From NCBI RefSeq assembly GCF_004010195.1, contig NC_057718.1:2406046-2470045 (forward strand): a DNA stretch of 64,000 nucleotides, read 5' to 3'. The stretch's first letter is position 1. The number at the start of each line of letters is the position of its first letter. The translations under genes were made by a program, and so were the position numbers. This DNA is from Chiloscyllium plagiosum. Taxonomy: Eukaryota. Shown here piece by piece: positions 52,823 to 64,000 of the stretch. The notes under the pieces are model-generated. The model did not search any database and had not been told where the DNA came from. It saw only the letters and a list, made by a program, of their open reading frames with translations.

Positions 52823-53579
52823 GCCATCAGATTAGGAGAAGAACAAACACAAGAATCAAAACAATATTTAGTGATGAGTTACCCTTCACAGAGACAAGAT
52901 TAGTGAGTACGAGAGATACCAACTCTCTTCAAACAATAAAGATCTCGCACCCAGTGACAGCATCTAGTATTTATTTCTCACGACTAATCAGAAATAGAGT
53001 TAATCATATCTAGCTACCGACTAGACTTTCACATCACCACTGCGCTGTATAGCTCATTAAAATAATTTCTTCAGTCATTATGAAAAACAAAAATATAGAG
53101 AGCCTGGCTACCAGTGTACAGTGAGTTTCTATATCCCTTGATATTCGCTTGTGAGGACCATGAACACGAGTGCGACATTTCCCACAGCACTGACTCCAAG
53201 GTCTCTTGTACGTCACTTAATTTGAACTAAAATACAGTAATGCCAGGAAGCACTGTTTCCACAAAGATCTTGAGCTGGTTATCGCAAAAGTAAACGTGTG
53301 CCCAGATTATTGCCATTTCCCCAACACTCCCACCCTGCAGGGTATTTCCAGCACTTTCTGTTTTATCCTTAAACTCAAAAATCCAAACAATATGGAGTAA
53401 CAGTCAGAGCAGCCTCAAACTAACAGAATAGCAGAAAAAGCTCAAAGCATTCAGAAGACCTCCTCACGGTCACATATTCCTGTAGAGGTATTCTGTTGAA
53501 CATTAAAGATCCTCACAACCAGTTCCAACTAGAGATTTTGACTCAGGGTTGATCTGGGTTCCTCAGCTTGAGTTGTACG

Positions 53580-53882
53580 ATTACATTAGATTCCATATAG
53601 TGTGGAAACAAGTTCACACCGACCCTCTGAAGAGTAACCAACCCAGACCCATTCTCCTTACCCTATATTCACTAATGCGCCTAACACTCTGGGCAATTTA
53701 GCATGGCCAATCCTAACCTGCACATCTTTGGATTATGGGAGGAAACCAGAGCACCTGAAGGAAACCCACGCAGACACGGGGAAAATGTGCAAACATACAG
53801 ACAGTCGCCTGAGGCAGGAATCGAACCTGGGTCACTGGTGCGGTGAGGTTGCAGTGCTAACCACTGTGCCACCATGCCACCC
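53580..53882 (-). mobile_element. HE1-like SINE
   Basis: Reverse complement of the HE1 head and body. Confidence 0.85.
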
Positions 53883-55109
53883 AACTCAGATGTTTAACTT
53901 ATCCTTAACTCAGAGTTACTCAATTAATTATCCACAAGGCCACTGACTTTTTTGAACTGGCTATGAGAAGCTGCTGCACCAGGAAGTTATAACATAAAAG
54001 GAAACCTACTTAAAGCCAGCTCAAGTCCCGTACACCATCAAAACAAGTTAGAAATCCAGCCTTCTCCAAGCCAATAAGCCTCAAATCCTTTCCAAAATAG
54101 TAAAACCTCTAGTTCTGGCGTCATACTAGTGAATCTCTTCTGTACTTCTCCAGTACCCCTACTGATCAGAACTGATAATTTTCATATTACAAAAATAAAT
54201 AAAAAGCGTGACAAGATTACTAATATTTAACCAGCTTTACTTTATCTGTATTTAACTGATCGATATCATGAAACAACTGCACAAATCTATTTCCTGTAAA
54301 TATATCAGTTAAAACCTCACTCAGTGCTACTATAAGGGGCACAGTGCTACTGTCTAATCCTTAGTGCAAAAGACTCAGTAAGGTTAACTTAACCCTGCAA
54401 TACCACCTCCATTTAGGATAGATCCGTTGGCAGTGCAAGGTCGAGAACAGAGAACGAAGCAAGTTTGTCCAGAGGTCGATTGTAAGAAAATGCCTCCCAC
54501 ATAAAGAGAAAAAGCAGCTCAGACTCCTCTTACTCCCAGTAATGAGTATTCCCCTCACCTCTACAAAATGGACACAAGAACAACTAATGTACAGTAGAAT
54601 TCCTAGCAACCACGTGCAAACCTCAAGCTAAATTATTGCTGACTTCGTCAATCCCACTTTGCCACCCAAATCCCTCAAGAGATCACAAAGAAGGATGATT
54701 ACATCTGAACAACCCACATTGCACTTAGATCGACCTTTCCACTTAAGTCACTTTCCAGCACAGAACCGGAGGATTTCCAAGAAGAGATGCTTTCAAAGCT
54801 TTTTACCTTGCACTGATCAGGACAGAAGCTTGAACACCAGATTTAAGGAGCGATAAGAGATTGCTGAATGAAAAAAGGGAAGCTATCTGGTCTCGACTCT
54901 TGATGTCGAGCTCCAAGGTACACATTCTACGGCAACATCTCAACAATCAGTACCACTTACCTCACCCTATAAATTATTACTCCCTTTGCAATTTAGCATT
55001 TTTCTATCTGCCCTGATGAGAGCAAGATAGAAAGCGTCAAAAGCATGTCTCTTCTCTAGTTTCTACTTGGGTGACGAGAAGCAGGGGCATATATGTACCT
55101 CACCACTAA

Positions 55110-56516
55110 ACATAGAACATAGGAAAGTACAGCACAGAACAGGCCCTTTGGCCCACGAAGTTGTGCCGAGGGTTAATCCTAATGTAAAATAAAATAACTT
55201 AACCGAAGCACCCCTCAACTCACTGCTATCCATGTGCATGTCCAGTAGTCACTTAAATGTCCCTAATGACTCTGCTTCCACCAGCACCGCTGGCAACGCA
55301 TTCCATGCGTTCACAACTCTGCATAAAGAACCTTCCTCTGACGTCTCCTCTATACCGTTCTCCTAATATCTTAAAACTATGACCCCTCGTACCAGTCAAT
55401 CCTGCACTGGGGAAAAGTCTCTGCTATTGACTTTATCCGTTCCTCTCATTATCTTGTTTTCCTCGATCAGGTCACCTCTCTTCCTCCTTCTCTGAGCTTT
55501 TCTCTCCACGACAGCGGACAGCTGAAACTGACAACCGGAAGCGGCAGGGACAGACCACTATAAACACCGGAGGAAACATCAAAGAAGCGCTTCGCAGGAG
55601 GCTCCCAAGCACTGATGATGTCGGCTAGCCAGGGGACGAAACGTTTGCAACAAAAACTTCCAACTCGGCGAACAGAACCACAGCAACGAGCACCCGAGCT
55701 ACAAATCTTCGCACAAACTTTGAGTCTGAGCTTATTCAACCTCTCTTTATAAGGCAAGCCCTCCAGTCCAGGCAGCATCCTGGTAAACCTTCTTTGTACC
55801 CTCGCCAAAGCCTCTGTATCTTTCCTATAGTAGGGCGACCAGAACTGGACACAATATTCCAAGTATGGTCTCGCCAAGGACTCGTACAGCTGTAGCAAAA
55901 CCCTGCAGCTCTTAAACTTGATCCCCCTGTTAATGAAAGCCAAAACAGCATATGCTTTCTTAACAACCCTATCCACTTGGGTGGCAACTTTGAGATTCCT
56001 CTGTGCCTCCACACTGCCAAGAATCCTGCCTCCAATCCTATACTCAGCATTTGAGTTCGACCTTCAAAAATGCTTCACTTCGCATTTATCCAGGTTGAAT
56101 TCCAGCTGCCATTTCTCAGCCCAGCTCTGCAACCTGTCTGTGTCGCGCTGTAGCCTACAGTAGCCCTCGATACTATCACGGCACCTCCAACCTTTGCGTC
56201 ATCTAACTCACCCTTTGACCTCATCATCCAAGTCATTATAAAAACTACAAAGAGCAGAGGCCCAAGAACAGAGCCCTGCGGGACCCCACTCAACACTGAC
56301 CTCCAGGCAGAATACTTTCCATTTACAACCACTCTCTGCCTTCTGTCAGCCAACTAATTCTGAATCCAGATAGCCAAATCTCTCTGTATCTCATACTTCC
56401 TGACTTTATGAATGAGCCTACTATAGGGAACCTTATCAAGTGCCTTGCTGAAATCCATATACACCACATCCACTGCTCGACCTTCGCGACCTGTCTTGTC
56501 ACCTCCTCAAAGAACT
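55110..56516 (-). mobile_element. CR1 LINE (RT to tail) interrupted by a PLE terminus at about 55507-55724
   Basis: RT ORFs 55467-56353; same subfamily as the copy at 35390-37165. Confidence 0.9.
55609..55648 (+). ncRNA. Minimal type I hammerhead ribozyme motif in a PLE terminus
   Basis: GCA-CUGAUGA-U-GUC(loop)GAC-GAAA-CG-UU-UGC: core intact, stem I GCA/UGC, stem II GUC/GAC, palindromic ACGU stem III. Confidence 0.65.
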
Positions 56517-56629
56517 AGCAAAATAAAAGCACAACAATGTGAATGCTGAAGATCTGAAATTAAAAGAATTGCAGAAGTGCTAAGGAAACTCAGCAGCCAC
56601 CAGCGGCTATTCATTCTCCTAGAATTCAT

Positions 56630-56840
56630 CCTCCTGGAACATTGGAGGCTGCGGGGTGACCTTATGGAAGTTTATAAAATCATGAGGGGCACGGATAGGA
56701 TGAATACTCAAGGTCTTTTTCCCAGGGCAGGGGAATCCAAAACTAGAGGGCATAGGTTTAAGGTGAGAGGGGAAAGATTTAAAAGGGATCAAAGAGGCAA
56801 TCTTATTGTGCAGAGGGTGGTGTGTGTATGGAATGAGCTA
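56630..56840 (+). mobile_element. CR1 3' fragment
   Basis: RLRGDLMEVYKIMRG...RVVCVWNEL. Confidence 0.8.
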
Positions 56841-58194
56841 GAATTAGAATTCCTACAGTGTGGAAACAGGTCCCCCGGCCCAACAGGTAATGGAGAAAGG
56901 ATTAAAAGGGTCTGTTGATGGAGTGAGATGAACAGGGAATGAGAGGAATCTTATGTGAAGCAACAAACCTGGTGGTTGTGGGGGGCTGGGGGCAAGGAAA
57001 TGGGAGACTTGGGGAGAAGACCTTCAGTCTGTGGAGGGAACAGCCCATGTTTTAGCGCAACTCTTCTACAACCTCCAAGTGGAAAACAGCCTGTGCACGC
57101 TGAAGCTCAACAGCACCAGGGGCACAACTAAAACACAAATAGAAAAATATCTGATCCCAAGATCAGTGCAGATCACTGACCTCAACTGATCTTAGTCTAA
57201 CAATTAGTTGCAAAACAACCCAAGAGTAGATTTGATTGAGATTCTTAAGATCTTGAAGAGGTCGCAAGATTTAGGAAGACATAAGTGTTGGGTTAATAAG
57301 GGGAGGTCACAAGTTGAAGATGCTTGGCAAAAGAACCAGAGGAGACATAAGAAAAACACTTGTAAGCAACTAGTGATAGTGACACAGATTCAATAGTAAC
57401 TTCCAAAAAGGAGACCGCTGCAATAGTAAGAGATAACATTGCAGGGACAGACTCTGACTCATTCTTCTTCAGAAAGGCCAGCACACATCCTATACATCAA
57501 GATTCTGCAGTGTTTCGTTACATTTAACTTACAAACCAGGTAGGAGGGGTTAAGGTGGTTTATAAATTAATTTAGTCCAGGTCAAAACTATAACAGGTTA
57601 GTGACCTGTTACCCAAATACTACCGCCAAATGCGTAGCTGCTTTGAATAACTTCTTACAGATGTTGATTACTTGTTCTGAACCCAGACTCAGTGAGATAA
57701 CTCAAAGCCAGTCAATGCCACAAGTAACTCACTGGCCAGACTACGAGGTGAGTCAGTCTGTGTTGCAGGTCCAGAGGATGCAAGTTTCTCGACTCATCAC
57801 TTTACAATCAGATAACTCGGTGCAGCTTTGCTAATACTTCAACCACACTACAGATCAGTGGCTTTGATTCCACAAAGAGGACGCCCAGGTATGACTACTA
57901 AAATTAGTCATCAACATATTTCATTGCCCTTCCTGCTTTGTTTAATTGATGCAACTTGTAATTAAATGTCACAGCCCAGTCATTTGCCCAGAGCCGTAAG
58001 ACGTAGTAAGACATCTGGACTATTAGTATGATCAATTAAACCCTTAACACTGGGAGAAGGGATGAGATAACTAATAAGTACACTATCTTACCGTAGATCG
58101 AGAAATTAGAGGTGGTAATGGTGTCCCTCAGTTGGCAAATTCAAAGATGAAATCATGATGTGATCGACAAGGATTGATAACAGCCAAATATAAA

Positions 58195-59700
58195 AACATC
58201 ATAAGATTAGAACCAGGAGCAGGAATAGGCCATCGAGACGCCGTGAGCCTGTTCCCCCATTCAAGAAGCTCATGGCTGACTTTTGCGTGGACTCAGCTCC
58301 ACTTACCCATCCATTTACAATATCCCTTCATTCCTTTAATGTTCAAAAATCTAGCTTTGCCTTAAGAACATTCAATGAGATAGCTTCAACTGTTTCACTG
58401 AGCAGGGAATTCCACAGATTCACAATCCTTTGGGATTCCTCCACAACTCAGCCCTAAATTTAACTCCATCTCATTCTGGGGCTATGCTCCCTGGTTCTTC
58501 TTTCACCTGCCAGTGGAAACAATCTATCCCTTTCATAATTTTATACGTTTCTATAAAGATCCCCTCTCATTCTTCTGAATTCCAATGAACAGAATCCTCG
58601 TCTAATCTCAGTCGACATGACAAATGGACAAAACAGGTTGGTCAGGTAGCCTTGAGGAGGAATTTGTTGAGTGTGTCTGTGATAGTTTTCTTGAACAGCA
58701 TATAATGGAACTGACGAGGGAGAAAGCTATCCTAGATCTGGTCCTGTGTAATGAGAAAGGAATAATTAATGATGTCACGGGAATCCTCTTGGAAGGAGCG
58801 ATCACAGAATGGTTGAATCTGGAATACAAATGGAAAGCTGAAGATAAAATCTAGTACTAGGGTGCTGTGCTTAAACAGGGGAGACTACAATAGGATGAGG
58901 GAGGAGTTGGCTAAAGTAGATGGGAAGCAAAGACTTTATGGCGGGACAGTTGACGAATAGTGAAGGACTTTGAAAGCAATTTTTCTTCTGAGGAAAGACT
59001 GAGGGAACTGGGATTATATTCATTGGAATTTAGAAGAATGAGGGGGATCTTGGAGAAACATAACATTATGAAGGGAATTGATAAGATAGAAGTAGAGAGG
59101 ATGTTTCCACTGGTGGATGAAACTAGGACAAGAGGGCATAGCCTCAAAATGAGGGGGAGCAGATTTCAGACTGAATTGAGAAGGAACTTCTTCAGCCGGA
59201 GGGTTGGGAATCTATGGAATTCCCTGCCCAGTGAAGTGGTTGAGGCTTCCTCATTGAATGTTTTTAAAGCTAAGGTAGAAAACTAAAGGAATCAAGGATT
59301 ATGGAGAGAGGGCGGGTAAGTGGAGCCGAGTCCATGTAATGATCAGCCACAATCTTATTGAATGATGGAGAAGGCTTGAGGGGCCTGATGGCCTACTCTT
59401 GCTCCTAGTACTTACGTCCATGTATGTTCTTATGTTATGTTCTCAATCTCTCCTCATAAGCCAAACCTTTCAACTCTGGAACTTAGTGAACCTCTTCTGC
59501 ACCCCCTCCAGTGCCACTACATCCGTTCTCAAGCAAGGAGACTGAAACTGTACCCAGTACTCCAGGTCTGGCCTCACCAGCACCCTATATAGCTGCAACA
59601 TTAACTCTCTACTTTAAACTCCATCCCTCTTGCAATGAGGGACAATATTCCATTTGCCTTCTTAATGACCTGCTGCACTTGCAAGCAACCTTTTTCTGAT
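58195..59700. mobile_element. CR1 cluster: antisense CR1 split by a sense, internally deleted CR1 (about 58615-59435)
   Basis: Endonuclease-region ORF (FLEQHIMELTREKAILDLVL) joined to an RT C-terminal ORF; antisense CR1 sequence continues on both sides. Confidence 0.75.
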
Positions 59701-60619
59701 TCATTAAGAGGCTACCTTGATCTAATTTCCTCTTCAAATAGGGCTGAAGCTGTGGATGTTTAAAGGATTTTCACAAGTTGCTTCAGAGGCTCCTCAGAAA
59801 GCTGAAGCAAATATTGCAGCATGGATAACATTTGCTGACTGACTGGGAGCAGAGTTGAGGTGAAATGAACTTTGCTCAGAATTGAGAAGGGAAATGAAGC
59901 ATCTCGAAAGTTTGCACAGGAGCCATTTTGATAGGTGTAAGAGATTAATATGTGGGAAATATGGTCACTAAAAGGAAAAGCACTTGCATTTGTGCCCGAT
60001 GATTCAGGCCATAACAGGATAGCAGGAACACATCACAGTTATACTCCAAAAAATAACTATTTGAACAGAATTAATCCACTCTTATGTGAGATAGCTGCTT
60101 CTGTTAGCTACACTCCTTAAAACTCACCCTCCTCCAACCCAATTGCTTGTTTTAACCCAATTAACAAAAAAGGTAACATTCAATGTCCACCGGAACAGCG
60201 AGAACCCAGCTTCTTCTCCAATGCCCTCACCCCCACCTCCTTCCCATACTACTCACGAGGAGCAGTGTGAGGGTTATAAAGATGCAGGGAAGGAAGTGAG
60301 GGAATTGAATATTGCATTCATTAATAGTTTCCCCACTTTTATAGAACTGAATCACACAAACTTAACCTTCATTAATATGTCTTGACACGTCTCAGGCATT
60401 CCCTCAGATGACAGATAGTTATTAACAAACCGTTCAGATAACTCATACTGCTCGTGGGGCAGGTGCAGTGTCTTTACCTCTGGACGAGGAAGCTAAGGTT
60501 CAAGTGCCATCTACTCCAGAAGTGTGTAATAATATGTTTGTCGATATTTTCTAATTGGCCTGTTCAGAGATATCTATTATACACCTTTGGAGAAGTGCGA
60601 TTTCAGGAGGCAGGGACAT

Positions 60620-61500
60620 GTGAAGGTCTGTAGCTCAGGCTGACGTTCTGGATCTACACTTGCTCGCTGAACTGGCAAGTTTGTTTTCTGATATTTCGTC
60701 ACCGTATTAGGTAACATCATCAGTCAGCCTCCAGTGAAGTGATGGTAGTATGTGCCTCTTTCTATTTATGCGCCATGCCTTCTTAAGGTGGGTGATATCA
60801 TTTCCTGTTCTTTTTCTCAGAGAATGGCAGATGGGGTCCAAATCGACGTATTTTTTGATGGAGCTCCGGATAGAATGCCAGGCCACTCGGAATTTTCCTG
60901 CATGTCTCTGTTTAACTTGTCTAGGGTCAAGTCAAAGTGGTGTCCTTCTTCGTTTGTAAGCAAGGATACTAGTGGCGGTGGGTCATGGCTTTTTGTGGCT
61001 AGTTGGTGTTCATGTATCCTGGTGGCTAGTCTTCTGCCTGTTTGTCTGATGTAGTGTTTGCTACAGTCCTTGCATGGCATTTTGTAGATGACATTCATTT
61101 TGCTGGTTGCTTTACTGGTTCCTTTAGGTTCATTAGTTCTATTTAAGTGTGTTGGTAGGTTTGTGGGCTACCATGCCAAGGGGGTCTGAGTAGTCTGGAA
61201 ATCATTTCAGAGATATCTTTGATGTATGGTAACGTGGCTAGAGCTTCCAGACGTGCTGTGTCTGCTTGTTTGGGCTTGTTGTTGAGAAATCAGGGGACTG
61301 GATTTATTGGATACCGCTTCTTCTTGATTATGCTGCATAGGCATTTTTCTTCTGCTGTTTGTAGTTCTTGGATGCTGCAGTGCGTTGTGGCTCATTGAAA
61401 TAATGTACTGATGCAGCTCTGTTTGTGGGTGTTAGGATGACTGCTTCTGTAGCTAAGTATTTCGGCTATGTGTGATGTTTTCCCATAGACTCTGGTTTGA
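60620..61500 (-). mobile_element. Penelope-like element 3' fragment (GIY-YIG endonuclease remnant and hammerhead motif)
   Basis: ORF 60817-61098 NVIYKMPCKDCSKHYIRQTGRRLATRIHEH is the PLE GIY-YIG pattern (VIY..C..C...YIGxT.R...R..EH); hammerhead core at 60688-60727 on -. Confidence 0.85.
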
Positions 61501-61574
61501 AGTTCTCCATTAATCTATACAGTGTATTCAAAATGAACAGTTATCTAATAAAACAGCACACCGATAATATCTCA

Positions 61575-61825
61575 GTGGTTAGCACTGTACTCTCATAACA
61601 CCAGAGATTTCAGCCTTGGGTGACTGTCCGTGATACATGCTCCCCATGTTTATGTGCGTTTCTGCTGGGAGCTCCCATTTCCTCCCACAGTCTAAAGATG
61701 TATAAGTTAGGTCGATTGGCCTTGGTAAATGCACAGTTACAAAAGAGCACAGAAGTGAGAGAGATGCCCTTTGGATGGTCAGGTGCAAACTCAATGGGCC
61801 GAATGGCCTCTTTCCACACTGTAGG
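61575..61825 (+). mobile_element. Old HE1-like SINE
   Basis: CAGTGGTTAGCACTG head; GGGCCGAATGGCCTCTTTCCACACTGTA tail. Confidence 0.65.
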
Positions 61826-64000
61826 TATTGCATGAACACTGTTCCCAAGACCCTCTATTACATGACAATATCTACGAGACATTTCAGAATTTGTAATACT
61901 ACTGAAAGACCTCAGTTACGTTACCCAGTTCCAGGAAATGTCTCAGTTGCATCACAGTTGCTGCAGGCTTGCTCCATCACATGATCACAAACCACTAAGG
62001 CCTAAGGCATCCTGAATCACTCAATGCGAGAGCACAGAAACACCACGCTCAGACCATCAACAATTACACTGATCGAATTCTTCATGAGAACTATGGAGTA
62101 TGATCCCACATCCCCTACTCTTCAAGCTATTATCTAAACCATCGTGAACTCAACACAACAGACCGTTTCATGAATCTTTAAGTGCTGTAATTCCAATGTT
62201 CTCCTCATATGTTATCTTTTAAAGTGCAAGCATTCCTTTCAGGACAAATGAAGCAGCCAATCTGTGCACAGAAAGGTCCCGTGAATTGCAATGAGACAAA
62301 TGCAGAGTTTAGTTCTTATTACAGACATTGGTCAGGGGTGAAAATTGACCAGGTCATCATCAATACTGGGACCTCTTACCCCACCTCTCTCAGCACTACC
62401 CAGGAAATGTCAATACGTGTTCCGTGTTCAAGTAAAATTAGAATCCATGAATTTCTGACTTATTGGGAATAGAGATACTTGAGAAATTATTTTCACTGTA
62501 GGTGATTAAGGATTGCTCTGTGATATCTTCATGGTTATCATGGCTTAAAATGGAACATCACTGCCTTTGGCTGGTCTGAAAACAGCAAAGACCCAAATTT
62601 ATCATAGGCATTATCATAAACATTTCTGCACATCATGTGGTTTCATCACAACCCATCACTGAAAGAATTAAAATAAATTTCCCATAAAAGGCAAATCAGT
62701 TTCAGCTAAGTAGATCCTCACAGACACCCGATGCGCTGACTGCTGTTGCCGTTCTTTAATTTTCTATTATTGTGGACTTTCATTACAGTCAAGTCAGGGC
62801 TCACCTGAAGTGATGCGTTTCATTTAACACTGCCCTGTCACACAGTGGGAACTCAATTCAAATGGAATGGAAGTTCCCTTCCCGAGAGATTAGAGGGCTT
62901 CAGATTTGCTCTTTACAGAGTTCTAGGTCAACGCCAACTCATTCTTGTGTTGCTTCAGATGTCTCGTCCGTGTCGCTTTATTGATGGGAAAGAACTTGTA
63001 CTGTATTTAAAGCAAAACTATATTTAAAGACATGGGACTCTGGTCCTGCACTGTCCACTTGGTGCTGGATACAGGAGTTTTAAAAAGGGGAAAATTGTAA
63101 CTTTCCAGTGAAACTGCAGATATTTCACTGGATAGGGACTCAATAGGATCTGCTGGAACCCTGTTGTGACGCCCCCTCAATATTATTCTACTTTAGCTTC
63201 AGTTGATGTGCAGGTATCCAGCCAGTTTGTGTCTCACCCCATGACAGTGATTAACTAATCCTATTTGGGTCAAAGACAGAAATGTTTGAATCTCTTCATT
63301 GGTTCATTGAATAGTCAACTCCTTTTCTGCACTAAAGCACCACAGATAGAAATCTGGTTTCACAAGAAGCTAGGGCATCATACAGACTACTGTGTAGCCT
63401 GTAACCAGTCTTTCCACAAGAAAAATTGTATCGTCTGCGGTAATGAACAGACATTTCAGCAAGTATAAAAGCTGACCTACATCAGGGGCTCAAGAAAGCA
63501 GTCAGAGCGCATGATGAGTAAAACAAAATCTTCCACGATTCCATTACCTTGGGTCCCAGTTTCTACTTGCAACTCCTACTTCTGAGAAGAGAAAGTTTCC
63601 CATCCTTGGGCTTACACATGAGGTCACACCGAGGGCAAAACCAATCACCATTCTATAATACTCACTCAATCTTACTTCAAGACTTTCTACTGCCAAACTC
63701 TTTCACTGTGACACTATCATTCCCAAACAAGAATATCCCACCACTGTCTTGGCCACCTATTCTATATTCTACCCATCCAGAATGCCATTGTTCTGATGGT
63801 ATCGTACAGCACCACCTGAGCAATCATTGTATTGGTCGCTAACTCGTGTAATCTCCAGCCTCCCCAATTTCTCAAATGCAATATTCTCATGCTAGGGCGT
63901 TAGCCCTCCCAGATTCACTGAATTTACACAGACCCTGGCTATTTGATCCTTCATTCCATTATTTGTGGTCATGTCTCAACTGGAATCTTCTTTCGGTATT

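Noticed and set aside
53034..53216. VHGPHKR as a possible upstream MCM3 exon
   Set aside because: Only superficial similarity, and no donor site in the required phase

Overview
Eukaryotic, TE-dense genomic DNA from a cartilaginous fish (shark-type HE1-like SINEs and HER1/CR1 LINEs; four assembly gaps). Two host genes can be rebuilt exon by exon from GT-AG sites and reading-frame phase. (1) A complete three-exon IL-17A/F-family cytokine gene on + (23135-23167, 25101-25327, 26041-26275; 164 aa), with a TATA/RUNX/kB/STAT/ROR-like promoter and a probable 2.2-kb AU-rich 3' UTR. (2) The last six coding exons of MCM3 on - (44559-51580), convergent with IL-17, matching the IL17A/F-MCM3 linkage known from mammals. 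The rest is mostly decayed CR1, Rex1/Babar, SINE, solo-LTR and MITE sequence, plus many Penelope-like element (PLE) fragments. Most notable observations: the IL-17 has only the four core cysteines and a furin-type RTRR site; the PLE termini carry minimal hammerhead-ribozyme motifs and repeatedly form fold-back structures; and a 1.4-kb inversion has a PLE fragment at its breakpoint. I found no convincing wholly new system. Family names were assigned by eye, without database searches, and TE boundaries are approximate.
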